Origin: an uncultured delta proteobacterium
GTDB taxonomy: Bacteria > Myxococcota_A > Polyangia > Polyangiales > Polyangiaceae
Direction: 5' to 3'
DNA length: 64,000 nt
Assembly (NCBI GenBank): GCA_963850305.1
Contig: CAWKKR010000008.1
Location: 64,001-128,000 of the forward strand
Under the pieces are notes generated by a model that did no database searches, was not told where the DNA came from, and was given only the letters and a program-made list of their open reading frames with translations. Positions 30,240 to 40,645 of the stretch are shown one piece after another. Every line of letters starts with the position of its first letter. The stretch's first letter is position 1. Both the position numbers and the translations under genes were made by a program.

Positions 30240-30875
30240 TCACTTCATGTAATAACAGACCCCGTTGACGCAATCCATCCGGGCCGGGCACGCCTCCCCG
30301 GCGCCGCACGAGATGGTGCAGAACGAATCCACGAGGAGCTGCGTGCAGGTCACGGTGCCGACCTCGAGTGGAGGATCACACCCCGCAGAACCGACGAGGC
30401 AATGATGAACGCAGGCACCCGAACGACCCGACACGAGAATCGACTGCGCTGCCTCGGTACAGACGCGACCGCCGGTGCAGTCCGCGTTCGTCGCGCAGCG
30501 CGCCCAGGCGCCCCCGGGAGTTCCGGCCTCGCTCGTCGCTCCGCCGCCGCCAGCACTTCCGTCGTGGTCACTATCCGAGGCGCCTGCGCCGCTGTCGAGA
30601 GCCGACGAAGAGCCGCCGCTCGATGTCAGCCCGGCTCCACCCGCGCTCATCGCGTCGCTGGCGTCGCCGCTCGAGGGCGCGCCGCCTGCGCCGGCTGACA
30701 GAGTGCCGCCCGCGCCGCCATGGTCACCTGCATCGACGTTGGGGCTCGCCCCGCCGTTGAACAGACCCGAGGTACTGCTGCCCCCGCACCCCACGGCCAG
30801 CACGAGCGCCACCGCCGCGCCGAACACGGCGAACCGACTGCGCCTCTCGATCGTGCAAGCCACGGGTTCCGACAT
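30240..30875 (-). CDS. Lipoprotein with Gly/Ser linker and C-terminal Cys-rich domain
   Basis: Lipobox AVGC, DAG linkers, CATNADC...CVNGVC. Confidence 0.8.
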   Translation of the reverse strand: MSEPVACTIERRSRFAVFGAAVALVLAVGCGGSSTSGLFNGGASPNVDAGDHGGAGGTLSAGAGGAPSSGDASDAMSAGGAGLTSSGGSSSALDSGAGASDSDHDGSAGGGGATSEAGTPGGAWARCATNADCTGGRVCTEAAQSILVSGRSGACVHHCLVGSAGCDPPLEVGTVTCTQLLVDSFCTISCGAGEACPARMDCVNGVCYYMK

Positions 30876-31003
30876 GACAGATCCGTTCATTCGTATAGCG
30901 AACAGAGGCGCGAACCGCGAGCGTTTCTCCACGGCAGCCGGTTGCCGCCCAGCGTCACTTCGAGAAAAGCGCGGGCTCGAATGCCGAACTGTCCGGGGCG
31001 AGT

Positions 31004-31774
31004 CTACGAACCCCGACGGCCCAGGGCGAGGGCGGACAGGGACTCACGCACTTCGTCGTCGGTCTCGGTCGCGAGCAACGCGTCCAGCCTCGCGTCCCAG
31101 GCCGGCTCGAGCCGGAGCAGCCCGCGCGCCGAGGCGCGCCGGGTGATCGGCAAGTAAAAACCTCCCTCGTTCGTGAGCACCCTCGTCAGGACGTCCACGC
31201 CAAGCGAATCGTTGCGCTCGACCAGGGCAGCGATCGCCGCGACGCTCACCTCGGCGTCCCTATCGGCAACGGCGGACGCGATCATCGCGCCGTCGCCTGC
31301 TGGCAGAAGTGCGCCGAGCGTGCCGATGGCGCAGCCCCGCGTGGAGGCGCTGTAAAAGCCGTCCTCGTTTGCGAGCACCGCTCGCAGCGCGGCGACGACT
31401 GCGTCGCTCGGATGGTCGCGCAACGCCGTCACTGCCTCCATGGCGACCTCCGCGCTCGGATCACGGAGCCTCGCGATGAGAGCCACCGACATGCCCTGCG
31501 CCTCGGGAGATTCGTGAAGCGCGTCCGGTGTCCGCTCGGAGCTCGGCGCCAGATCCTCGACGTTCACGAGCGTCCCCGCCGCCGCTGCGATGCGCGACTT
31601 CGCACCGAGCAATCGAGCGAGCATCGGCCAGCGGCGCACGAGCGGACCGAGCGAGCCGAGACTCAACCGCTGCTCTATCCGAGGCCGGAGCACGCGAATC
31701 ATGTTGCGTAGCGCACGCCCCGTTCGTGCACGCACGACACGAGGCACGAGAGACCGGCTCGAAACGACCTGCAT
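31004..31774 (-). CDS. HEAT-repeat domain protein (start uncertain)
   Basis: LRDPSAEVAMEAVTAL, ADRDAEVSVAAIAAL repeats. Confidence 0.7.
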   Translation of the reverse strand: MQVVSSRSLVPRVVRARTGRALRNMIRVLRPRIEQRLSLGSLGPLVRRWPMLARLLGAKSRIAAAAGTLVNVEDLAPSSERTPDALHESPEAQGMSVALIARLRDPSAEVAMEAVTALRDHPSDAVVAALRAVLANEDGFYSASTRGCAIGTLGALLPAGDGAMIASAVADRDAEVSVAAIAALVERNDSLGVDVLTRVLTNEGGFYLPITRRASARGLLRLEPAWDARLDALLATETDDEVRESLSALALGRRGS

Positions 31775-32113
31775 GTGCCGAGTGTAGACGCGTTCCGTCG
31801 CAAAAAGCGGCCACGTCACCCGCAATGATCGCGACGCAATCACGAAACGCCGTGGTGGCGGCGGACGCCACGCATCGCGGTAGAGCGAGCGACCGGCGCT
31901 CGCAGCGGATTCGTCAAGCCATCCTCGAGCGCATCTTCCGAGCCCGGCACCCAGTTTCGGGCCGACTGGTCTGGCCTAGCGGGAGGCGCGGGCGCGCCGC
32001 TGCGCCGCGATTGCGCTTGTCATCGGTGCCGCCGATGGACGTGCATGTAGGGGAAGCCAGGGTTCACAATCAACCGCTCTGCTTTGCCGATTGCCTTAGA
32101 GTCCTCGCCGACC

Positions 32114-33289
32114 ATGGATCGCAAACCGAAGACACGTGCACCGACAAAGTCCGTAGCGCCGAGCGCTCAGGCGCGCACCGGCTCCGACGGGTTGCTCGAC
32201 GATCTCACGTCGGCGCGCCGCGATCTGCTCGCAGGTCGACACGAGGCTTACCACCGGATCGTGGGGGTGCTGATGTCCCTCATTTCAGGACCCGACGGAG
32301 ACAACGCGTTCCGCGAGAGCTTCGAGCGGATCTGGCGAACACGCTCGTTTCCGACCTTCTACGAGCGACCGCTCATGATCCTGGCCGCGCTCCGCGCGGA
32401 TGCGCTGGAAGAAGGGGCGCGACATCCGCTGCACGCGGCGCTTGCCACCTCGACGCCCGATCCCGGCGTCGTGACGAAAGAGGCGGTGGCGGCGTCCCTT
32501 GGGCGTGAGCGTCTGGGCGTGTGGTCGATCATGACGACGCGCCGCGTGCAGACGAACGACACGAGCCGAGCACTCGCATGGCTCTGGCCCGCGTTCCTCG
32601 GAGGATGCGATGACAGACGGCGACCGCTCGCTCTCGTGGACGTGGGCGCCGGCGCGGGATTGAATCTGATCGCGGATGAGCTGCCACCCGTGTGGTCCGA
32701 CGTCGCGACCGGCACGGCCATCCCGTGCGTGACGCGTGTGAACGCCGTGGCCCGGATCGGGTACGACCCTCGTCCGCTCAACGTGCTGAGCGAGGATGAC
32801 GTCCTCTGGATGCGGGCGTGCGTCTGGCCGGGCGACACGGAACGTCTTGCTCGCTTCGAAGCAGGCGTGGAGGCGCTGCGCGCCGCGGCCAAGCGCCCTG
32901 CGCCTCCCGTGCTCGAACGCCTGACGGCCTCGCTGGTTCCGGAACGGCTGGGAGCGCTCGCGAAGCAGGTGCCGGCCAAAACGCTCGTGTTAGTCTACCA
33001 GACACTGGTCCGCGGATACCTCGAACCCACCGAACGCGAGAACTACCAGAAGGGCATGCTGGAGTTTCTGTCACGCCGGGTCGCCGGAGGTGCCGTGTGG
33101 ATGGAGCTCGAACTCGACGACGCTCGACGGCACTTGCCGGCGGTTCTGATCGCAAATGTCCGTGTGGGCGACCGCGTGAAGTCGCTTCGCCTGGGACGGT
33201 CGAGTCAGCATCCGAAGGAGGTCGAAGTGGACGCGGCCAGCGTCGCGCAACTCGGCCGTCACCTCGAGCACCGAGCGGACCTCCAATAA
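32114..33289 (+). CDS. DUF2332-family protein
   Basis: VQTNDTSRA, LVDVGAGAGLNL, RIGYDPRP, ACVWPGDTERLARF. Confidence 0.8.
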   Translation: MDRKPKTRAPTKSVAPSAQARTGSDGLLDDLTSARRDLLAGRHEAYHRIVGVLMSLISGPDGDNAFRESFERIWRTRSFPTFYERPLMILAALRADALEEGARHPLHAALATSTPDPGVVTKEAVAASLGRERLGVWSIMTTRRVQTNDTSRALAWLWPAFLGGCDDRRRPLALVDVGAGAGLNLIADELPPVWSDVATGTAIPCVTRVNAVARIGYDPRPLNVLSEDDVLWMRACVWPGDTERLARFEAGVEALRAAAKRPAPPVLERLTASLVPERLGALAKQVPAKTLVLVYQTLVRGYLEPTERENYQKGMLEFLSRRVAGGAVWMELELDDARRHLPAVLIANVRVGDRVKSLRLGRSSQHPKEVEVDAASVAQLGRHLEHRADLQ

Positions 33290-33357
33290 CCACTCACTTC
33301 CGGCGTCGTCGCGAGAGATACACACCGACATGGACGCCGGTTGGACCGGTTGCTTGC

Positions 33358-34404
33358 ATGCGCACTGCCACGCCCCGTGCACACGACCCCACGCCGGGAG
33401 CGGAGCGCCTCTCGACCCTGTCCCGCTGGGCGTCCCTGCCGAGCCTGCTCTTCGTGTCGGTGGTCGCGTGCACATCGCGGCGCCCTCCGGCCGCCTCTTC
33501 CGGCACGGTTCCCGCACGCGCCACGACGTCGGTCCGCGTGGGTTCTGGACTCTCCGCGCGGCCGTCCGTTGCGATCGATGGCGGCGCGCGAACCGATGCG
33601 GGGACTCACGCGCGAGAAGGGGCAAGCGTCGCGCCGGACGGCATGATTCGGGTCCCCGGCGGCACGTTCGTCATGGGGAGCGACGTGGGGGGACAGCAAG
33701 ACGAACACCCGGCGCATCGGGTGACCCTCGCCTCCTTCTTTCTGGATCGCACGGAGGTGACCAACGGCGCCTATGCGGCGTGTGTGAGTGCCGGAAAGTG
33801 CGGGGCACCGGATCCCGCGAGTGCACGGCGCAGCCACTTCGGTCCCGATAGTGCGTTTCGCGGCGCCGAACAGCCGGTGAGCTCGATTTCGTGGGGCGAC
33901 GCACGCGCGTACTGCGGGTTCGTCGGCAAACGGCTTCCCACCGAGGCCGAGTTCGAGCGCGCCGCGCGCGGTGACGACGAGCGAACGTACGCTTGGGGCA
34001 ATGAACCTCCATCCGCCGAGCGCGCCGTGTACGGCACCACTCGCACCTCGAACGTCGGCACGCATCCCGCGGGAGCGGGCCCTTACGGTCACCTCGATCT
34101 GGCCGGCAACGTGTGGGAGTGGCTCGAAGACTTTTACGACCCCGACGCGTATCGTCGCCCGGGCGCCGCGCACGGCATCCCCGGCACGTGCGACGAGATC
34201 CGCGCAGCCCAGGACGCGCTTCGAAGCTCCGGACGGCAGGGGTTCACCGGGTCCAACCCCATCCCGACCGAATGCGAGCACGTGCTCCGCGGCGGCGCGT
34301 TCAATTACGGCGGCCCGGGGCTCCGCGCGTCGAACCGCGTCCACCATCCCGGACGCTTCAAGCTCATCATGGCCGGAGTGCGCTGTGCGAAGGATGCGGA
34401 GTGA
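33358..34404 (+). CDS. FGE-sulfatase (SUMF1/EgtB/PvdO-fold) domain lipoprotein
   Basis: GTFVMGSD, DEHPAHRV, EVTN, RLPTEAEFERAARG, DLAGNVWEW, RGG...GVRCA; lipobox-like VVAC. Confidence 0.9.
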   Translation: MRTATPRAHDPTPGAERLSTLSRWASLPSLLFVSVVACTSRRPPAASSGTVPARATTSVRVGSGLSARPSVAIDGGARTDAGTHAREGASVAPDGMIRVPGGTFVMGSDVGGQQDEHPAHRVTLASFFLDRTEVTNGAYAACVSAGKCGAPDPASARRSHFGPDSAFRGAEQPVSSISWGDARAYCGFVGKRLPTEAEFERAARGDDERTYAWGNEPPSAERAVYGTTRTSNVGTHPAGAGPYGHLDLAGNVWEWLEDFYDPDAYRRPGAAHGIPGTCDEIRAAQDALRSSGRQGFTGSNPIPTECEHVLRGGAFNYGGPGLRASNRVHHPGRFKLIMAGVRCAKDAE

Positions 34405-34428
34405 TGGGGTGGGTTTCAGGTCGGCGCG

Positions 34429-35448
34429 CTAATGAATCGGAGGATCCGGCAGCACCTGGCCGCAGCTGGTGAAGGACAGGTTCGTGTCCGCGTGAAAATG
34501 CGAGCCCGTCGGATGGCGTTCGGCGTTGAAGAGGTCGAGCGGGTATTCCGTGCCCACGGTCAAGCCGAGCGAATCCAGACTGACCGAGCCGCTGGCCGCC
34601 GGATGAGTTCCGCCGAGATCGACCGCGAGTTTCCCGGCGATGAAGACCCAGAGGTCGTCGTCGCCCTGGAAGGTGAAGGTCTCGCCACCCTTGTAGATGA
34701 ACTTCAGGTGTACCTCGGTCGTGAAGCCAAAGTTGTGCTGCTTGCCATCGTCACCCGTCGCGTTGTTCCCCCAGCCTGCGTTGTCGAGCGGAAAGTATTC
34801 GTCGCTCTGGAACGTGTAGACACCACCGTTGGGCACGAACTGAAGATAGACGAGGTAGGGTAGGTTCACACCAGGGACGTATCGGTACCACTGATCGAAG
34901 TTTTGCTGCGTGGTCAGGACGTTCCCGAGCGGACAGGCCAGGCTGAACGGCGCTCCGTCGCAGCAAATACCGGCGAAGACCGGCTTCAGGTCGGTGCCGA
35001 GCGCTGGTTCGACGAGTCCGGTCACGACGAGGAAGTTCAGGGACGTGCCGAAGTCCGGATGACCGGTGTTCCCATCGTCGCTCTGGTCTTTGAAGTCGCG
35101 CACGACGCCGGTCACGAGGGTGCAGTTCGAGCCGTCGTTCACGGGCACGGCAGCGCCGCCGTCTCCGGCCGTGATCGGCGCGCCGAGCGCATAACCGCCG
35201 TGTTCGGTGGCGACGAAGTTCGCCGGCAGCGGAGGACCGCCTTCGCCGCCCACGGGCTCCGCGCCCCCGACGCCCAGCGGCACGAAGACCTCGCCGCCGG
35301 TTCCGAGCAGTATCGAACTGCCGCCGGCGCCCACCTGTCCGCCGGCGCCGCTCGTGTCGGGTGGAGCGCTCGTGCCGGACGCACTGCAATGCAAGGTCAG
35401 GAGCGCGGCGACTGCGGGCACCAGGAACGCGCGGCGCTTCACGGTCAT
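34429..35448 (-). CDS. Fibro-slime/PA14-domain lipoprotein
   Basis: VRDF...HPDF, NFDQWY, FPLDN, HNFGFTTEVH, FQGDDDLWVFI, DLGGTH, FNAERH. Confidence 0.9.
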   Translation of the reverse strand: MTVKRRAFLVPAVAALLTLHCSASGTSAPPDTSGAGGQVGAGGSSILLGTGGEVFVPLGVGGAEPVGGEGGPPLPANFVATEHGGYALGAPITAGDGGAAVPVNDGSNCTLVTGVVRDFKDQSDDGNTGHPDFGTSLNFLVVTGLVEPALGTDLKPVFAGICCDGAPFSLACPLGNVLTTQQNFDQWYRYVPGVNLPYLVYLQFVPNGGVYTFQSDEYFPLDNAGWGNNATGDDGKQHNFGFTTEVHLKFIYKGGETFTFQGDDDLWVFIAGKLAVDLGGTHPAASGSVSLDSLGLTVGTEYPLDLFNAERHPTGSHFHADTNLSFTSCGQVLPDPPIH

Positions 35449-35567
35449 AGTTGCACCAGTGTCCACTCACTCGATGAAAGGCGCAAGCCGCGAGCGACGA
35501 GGAGCCAAGTTGCTGCCGTGTCCGAAAATGGCCAGACACGGAACCGCGACGACGCTAGTTAGACGGC

Positions 35568-37025
35568 GTGGAACTCGATGCTCAGGCTTGCTACCGGGCG
35601 CTCGTCGCGCACGACGCGCGCTTCGACGGGGCGTTCTTCGTCGGGGTGAAGACGACGGGCATCTATTGCAGGCCCGTGTGCCGGGCGCGCACGCCGCGAC
35701 AGGACCGCTGTGAGTTCTTCATGCGGGCAGCACTGGCGGAGCGCGCCGGCTTCCGCGCGTGCTTCCGCTGTCGGCCGGAGCGCGCGCCCGGGCACTCGAG
35801 CGTCGACGCGGTGTCGCGGCTAGTGGCCTCCGCGGCTCGGAAGATCGACGAAGGCGCGCTGAATCGCGGCAGCATCGAGGAGCTCGCGAGCGAACTCGGC
35901 GTCGGCGCGCGTCACCTCCGTCGCACGATGAGGGACGAGCTCGGCGTCGGGCCGATGGAGCTTGGGTTGTCCAGACGAATCGCGCTTGCCCGCGAGCTCT
36001 TGCTCGGCACGTCTTTGCCCGTCACCGAGGTCGCGTTCGCGAGCGGCTTCTCGAGCGTCCGGCGCTTCAACGACGCCTATCGTCGCAGCCAGGGGATGAC
36101 GCCCTCGGACGTCCGGCGGCCCGGGGGATCGGACCCCGCGGGCAACGTGCTCCGTGTCGTCCTCGACGTGAGACCACCGTTCGACGCCTCGCTGGCGTTC
36201 GCGTTTCTGCGCGCACGCGCCGTCCGGGGCAGCGAGGCCTTCTCGGGCGACACGTATTCGCGAGCCGTGTCGATGAACGGCGCGAGCGGCATCGTCACCG
36301 TCCGCGCCGCGAAAGGGCGGCACGCGATCGTCGTCGAGGTGTCGCCGTCGCTCGGACCGTCGCTGATGACGATCGCGGCGCGAACGCGATGTCTATTCGA
36401 CTCTGACGCCGATCCGACGTCGATCGGCGAACATCTGTCGCGAGATGGACTCCTCGCGAAGCGCGTGGCCGCTCGCCCGTCGCTGCGGGTGATGGGCGCC
36501 TTCGACCCGTTCGAGTGGACCGTCCGCGCGGTGCTCGGTCAGCAGATCAGCGTGCGCGGAGCCCTGACGATCGCCGGGCGGCTCGTCGCGAAGCTCGGTG
36601 CCCCGGTGAAGGCGGACGGCGTCCTCGACGCACCTGCGTTTGCGTGGCCGGACGCGAACCGCCTCGCCGGCGCGAGAGAAGAGACGATCGTGTCGCTCGG
36701 CGTGACCCGCGCCCGGGCCGCGACCGTGCTGCGCCTCGCTCGCGCGGTCGCCGGTGGAACGCTCGTGCTCGATCGCACTGCCGACCCCCGGACGACGCGC
36801 GAGGCGTTGCTGGCGCTTCCCGGCATCGGCCCATGGACGGCGCAATACATCGAGATGCGCGCGCTCGGCTGGCCCGATGCGTTCCCCGCAGGCGATCTCG
36901 GGCTGAGAAAGGCGCTCGGCGGCGTGTCGGTCGCCGAGTGCGAGGCGCGCTCGCTGCCTTGGCGCCCGTGGCGTGCCTATGCGGCGGCACATCTGTGGAT
37001 GGGACTCGCAGAGGAGAAGGGTTGA
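35568..37025 (+). CDS. alkA: Ada-AlkA fusion: Ada metal-binding + AraC HTH + DNA-3-methyladenine glycosylase II
   Basis: VKTTGIYCRPVC, GFRACFRCRP, SGFSSVRRFND, VLGQQISV, HhH LPGIGPWTA, WRPWRAYA. Confidence 0.93.
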   Translation: MELDAQACYRALVAHDARFDGAFFVGVKTTGIYCRPVCRARTPRQDRCEFFMRAALAERAGFRACFRCRPERAPGHSSVDAVSRLVASAARKIDEGALNRGSIEELASELGVGARHLRRTMRDELGVGPMELGLSRRIALARELLLGTSLPVTEVAFASGFSSVRRFNDAYRRSQGMTPSDVRRPGGSDPAGNVLRVVLDVRPPFDASLAFAFLRARAVRGSEAFSGDTYSRAVSMNGASGIVTVRAAKGRHAIVVEVSPSLGPSLMTIAARTRCLFDSDADPTSIGEHLSRDGLLAKRVAARPSLRVMGAFDPFEWTVRAVLGQQISVRGALTIAGRLVAKLGAPVKADGVLDAPAFAWPDANRLAGAREETIVSLGVTRARAATVLRLARAVAGGTLVLDRTADPRTTREALLALPGIGPWTAQYIEMRALGWPDAFPAGDLGLRKALGGVSVAECEARSLPWRPWRAYAAAHLWMGLAEEKG

Positions 37026-37028
37026 ATC

Positions 37029-37673
37029 ATGCATAAGCGACGGGAGTTCAGCGAAACGGCGCAGGCGGCCAACACCCCTACTCTCTCTTTCGCACGCATC
37101 GCGACGCGCGTCGGAAGGTTATTACTCGTCGGCGAGCGTGACGGTGCTCGCCTCACGCTTCGCGGGATTTACTTCGACGACGCGCCGCATGCAGCCCGGG
37201 CCGTTCCGGCGGGGGCGCGACAGGACGACGGCGCGTTCGCGGAGGTGCGCGTACAGCTCGACGCTTACTTCGAAGGCAGGCGCACGTCGTTCGACCTGGC
37301 TCTTGCGCCAGTCGGCACGGAGTTTCAGCTTAGCGTCTGGCGCGCGCTGACCGCTATTCCTTACGGAACGACGACGACATACGCCGCGATCGCGCGAAGC
37401 ATCGGCAGGCCGCGCGCCGTACGTGCCGTCGGCGCCGCAAACGCGAAGAACCCACTCTCGATCGTCGTGCCCTGCCATCGCGTGATCGGAAAGGACGGCA
37501 CGTTGACCGGGTACGCCGGAGGGCTCGAGGGCAAACGTCGCTTGCTCGAGCTCGAGTCCGCGGAGCGCCCGTCCGGAGACGAGCCCGTCGTCCGCGCTCC
37601 TCTCAGAACCACACGCGCAAGCTCGAGGCGGTCTCTAGCATCGGGCGGCCATAAGCAATCGCGTCATCCGTGA
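37029..37673 (+). CDS. ogt: Methylated-DNA-protein-cysteine methyltransferase
   Basis: GTEFQ, IPYG, RAVGAANAKNP, active-site PCHRV, GYAGG. Confidence 0.93.
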   Translation: MHKRREFSETAQAANTPTLSFARIATRVGRLLLVGERDGARLTLRGIYFDDAPHAARAVPAGARQDDGAFAEVRVQLDAYFEGRRTSFDLALAPVGTEFQLSVWRALTAIPYGTTTTYAAIARSIGRPRAVRAVGAANAKNPLSIVVPCHRVIGKDGTLTGYAGGLEGKRRLLELESAERPSGDEPVVRAPLRTTRASSRRSLASGGHKQSRHP

Positions 37674-38640
37674 AGTGCACGACGGGACGCGGGGCCAGCA
37701 CTACCGCGCGCTCCCCGAGAACGAGCGCCGCTCCGCGCGTGAGCCGGAGCTCGAGGTGGAGTCCCACTGCGGCCAGTGCGGTCCACGCCGCATCCGCGCG
37801 CCCGACGTAAGGCGGCGATGCGGCACCCCGGATGTCGAGATGGTGCGCGCCGAGCGCGGCCGAGGCTTCCAGCGACCACGCCGCGCGCGAGAGGATTCGT
37901 AACCCGAGTTCGGCAAAGAGCTGCTGGGTTCTCAGCGTCACCGAGCCGTCGTCGTGGCTGGCATGAGCGCCCGAAAGTGGGCCCTGAAATCCCAACCGGA
38001 GAGCGATGCGCTCCGTCGGATCGCATCCGAGCGCGAGCGCGGGCCCGTACTCGCTGCCCAGCCGGGACAGCGTGCTCTCCACGACGACGCCTGCGTCGAG
38101 GGACCACCACCGTCGCAGCGAGGGCTCCGTCGCCCAGACGCGAACGTGCTCCGGAGCGCGGTCGGGATTCGCGCCCACCACGTCGGGCGGCGGCGGCTCT
38201 CCGGGTCCGAATTCACGCAAGCTCGCGCGGAGCAGATCCACCGCGCGGACGGCCAGCACGGCCGAAGCCTCGGCGCGCTGCGACGTCGCTATGGTACGCA
38301 TGCTCGTCTTTCCCGTCACTCGATCGCTGATCCACACGTCGGCGCTCGCCAGCCCCTGGGAGCGAAGGAAGGAAACGGTGGCCACGGCTCGAACGCGTTC
38401 CGCGGCGTCCGCAAGATCGCGCGGAGATGGGGCATCCTGGTCGGCGTCGACGACGATCACTTCGAAGTCGTGAACCCTGAGTTCGCCTTTGAGCCGGCCG
38501 AAGGCCTGCAGGAGAGCCGCGTCTGCCGTCTTCGGGCGCAGAAGGACGATGCGCTGCGCGCTCGCGAGCGCGGACCAGAGGGTGACGATGAGCGCCAGAC
38601 CTGCGGCCAGAACCCGGCGATTCATGCTCGGAGAATTCAC
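37603..38640 (-). CDS. Exported protein with probable C-terminal beta-barrel, third gene of the ECF module
   Basis: Signal peptide ASA-Q, LAVRAVDLLRASL motif, terminal SLRVWF. Confidence 0.75.
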   Translation of the reverse strand: MNSPSMNRRVLAAGLALIVTLWSALASAQRIVLLRPKTADAALLQAFGRLKGELRVHDFEVIVVDADQDAPSPRDLADAAERVRAVATVSFLRSQGLASADVWISDRVTGKTSMRTIATSQRAEASAVLAVRAVDLLRASLREFGPGEPPPPDVVGANPDRAPEHVRVWATEPSLRRWWSLDAGVVVESTLSRLGSEYGPALALGCDPTERIALRLGFQGPLSGAHASHDDGSVTLRTQQLFAELGLRILSRAAWSLEASAALGAHHLDIRGAASPPYVGRADAAWTALAAVGLHLELRLTRGAALVLGERAVVLAPRPVVHFTDDAIAYGRPMLETASSLRVWF

Positions 38641-39905
38641 TGACCGTGCACGTTGGCCAGGATCCGGCGTGCCGTCGCGGCGGCGACACCCTCCGGAAAG
38701 CGGGTCAGGTAGACCTGGGCGGTCGAGCGTGCCTCGGTCCCGGCCCCCGTCTGCAGCTGCATGCGCATCTTGCCCGCCATCGCCTCGGCGGCGTACGCGC
38801 CACCCGGCGCTTCCTTCAGATAGCTTTCGTACCAGCTCAGCGCGGTCGTCGACTCGCTCCGCCCTTCGTCGAGGCGAGCCAGGAAGAACGCCGCCGTCGC
38901 CGCCTCGGCGGGCCCTCGCTTGCGCAATGCGTGCAAGCTCCGCTCCGCGAGCGCCGTGCGACCCGAATAGCGGGCAGCGTCGGCGAGGATGCGCACGTCA
39001 CCTGCCGGACATGAAGCCAGGCAGCGCTCGATCCCGAGCTCGTTCGCCTCGTGCACGATGCCGTCGAAGTCCGCGCGTTGCACCATCACGTTCCAGTCCG
39101 ACTCGGGGCGTGGCGCGCGCGCGCCGCTCGCTGGCGACGCGGTCCCATCTCCATCCTCGCTCGCGGCGGGTTCGACCGCGGGCGTGGTGCTCGCCGGCAC
39201 TGGCGCGGCTTCGTCGCGCGGCCCGTCGAGCGGAGTGAGCCGCCAGTTGTTTGCGCTCACGCCCGCTTCCAGCCGCTGGCCCGCGCGCATCGGAACGGGG
39301 GCATCGAGCGGACTCCCCACGACCTGCACCGAGCCTTCGTACAGCTCGACGGACAGGCGCTGGTGCACGGCATCCCAGTCTGCACTGAAGCGCGTTCCGG
39401 TGACGTGAATCTCGAAGGGGCCGGCATCGAGCGCCCACGCCGCCTTCTCGCGATGGATGACGTGGACAATCGTCTTCCCGTCGACCAGCGCCAGCCGTGA
39501 CCCCGTTGCCGACGACGTTTCGACGCGAAGATGCGCACCTGGTTCTACCTCGAACGTCGAGCCATCCGAGAAGTGCACGTCCCTCGGTCGGCTCGACCCG
39601 GCCCCTATCGTCGTACCGTCGGCACGCACCGTCCCGTCGACCGCGAACGTCAGTGGTCCCGCCTCGCGCCGATGCAACCCGAAGCCGACGAGGCCGAGCG
39701 TCACGACGGCAGCCAGCAACCAGCGACTCCACGGAGCCCCGCGGCGCTCCGGCGCACCAATCGTCTCCACGGTCCGGAGCAGCCAATCGCGTTCTCGATC
39801 GTCCGCCGGAGGAGCGTCGTGCTGGGCCGAGGGCTCGGTCCGGAACAGCTCGCCGAGAGCGCGCGCCGCGCCCTCCGACGAATGATAGTGCTCGCGCCGA
39901 TTCAT
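38637..39905 (-). CDS. FecR-domain / TPR membrane protein (anti-sigma-like)
   Basis: Single TM, FSDGSTFEV, AGPFEIHVTGTRF, C-terminal TPR YLTRFPEG; start overlaps the sigma stop. Confidence 0.85.
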   Translation of the reverse strand: MNRREHYHSSEGAARALGELFRTEPSAQHDAPPADDRERDWLLRTVETIGAPERRGAPWSRWLLAAVVTLGLVGFGLHRREAGPLTFAVDGTVRADGTTIGAGSSRPRDVHFSDGSTFEVEPGAHLRVETSSATGSRLALVDGKTIVHVIHREKAAWALDAGPFEIHVTGTRFSADWDAVHQRLSVELYEGSVQVVGSPLDAPVPMRAGQRLEAGVSANNWRLTPLDGPRDEAAPVPASTTPAVEPAASEDGDGTASPASGARAPRPESDWNVMVQRADFDGIVHEANELGIERCLASCPAGDVRILADAARYSGRTALAERSLHALRKRGPAEAATAAFFLARLDEGRSESTTALSWYESYLKEAPGGAYAAEAMAGKMRMQLQTGAGTEARSTAQVYLTRFPEGVAAATARRILANVHGQ

Positions 39906-40528
39906 GCGCCCTCCAGCCACGGTCGCACGTACGCGCTCAGCGCCGGTTCCGCGCGGGCGAGCTCGAGCACCCGCGTGCGCCCCTCCGTGATGGCTCGTCG
40001 AGCCCTGGCGTCCGAAACCCCGAGCGCCATGGCGACTTCTTGCGGCGAAAGCTCCTCGGCATACCGGAGCACGAAGGCCATCCGCGGCAGCTCCCGGACG
40101 CGACCCAGGATCCGATGAAGAGCGCGAAGCGAGTCGCGCGAATCGACGGGCGAGTCCGTCGTCGGTGCCTCCGGCAACACGCCGGTGTCCGTGACGCGCA
40201 GCCAGCGAAAGCGGCGCTTGCGGGTCCGGAGCTCGAACGCGCAGAGGCGCGCGGCGATGCCCAGCAGGTAAGAGCGCAGCGCACGTGGGTTTTTCAGCCG
40301 TGACGCATTCCGATGGAAGGCCACGAAGACGTCCTGAACCAGATCATCCATTGCGGCGTCCGGGCCGAGGCTGCGCCGGACCATGCCTCGGACTTCCGTC
40401 GCGTAACGCGTCCAGACCACCGATAAAGCGTCGGAATCCCCTTCGGCAACGGCGTGCACGAGCTCCGCGTCGGTCAGCCGCGACCGCGGAAACTCGACGA
40501 CTCGCTCGGCCTGGCGTTGCGCAGACAT
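39902..40528 (-). CDS. ECF RNA polymerase sigma factor
   Basis: DAELV...GDSDAL, DDLVQDVF, region 4 AFVLRYAEELSPQEVAMALGVS. Confidence 0.9.
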   Translation of the reverse strand: MSAQRQAERVVEFPRSRLTDAELVHAVAEGDSDALSVVWTRYATEVRGMVRRSLGPDAAMDDLVQDVFVAFHRNASRLKNPRALRSYLLGIAARLCAFELRTRKRRFRWLRVTDTGVLPEAPTTDSPVDSRDSLRALHRILGRVRELPRMAFVLRYAEELSPQEVAMALGVSDARARRAITEGRTRVLELARAEPALSAYVRPWLEGA

Positions 40529-40645
40529 CTCGACGATTAACTAAGTTGCCGCGAAGCCCTCCGGCCGCGCAAGAAAATGCGAACGCCCGCGGCGCGGAGC
40601 ATCTTCGTCGATCGAAGCGGTCCTGGACATGAGAAACTCACTCTC

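Noticed and set aside
33358..34404. True formylglycine-generating enzyme, or a DGR target
   Set aside because: It lacks the catalytic Cys-containing RGGS..C....C loop and there is no adjacent sulfatase. I saw no reverse transcriptase or template repeat.
35473..35540. Ada-box-like AAAGGCGCAA and TGTCCGAAAATGGCCA upstream of ada-alkA
   Set aside because: Short, imperfect matches that I cannot distinguish from chance without a comparative alignment.
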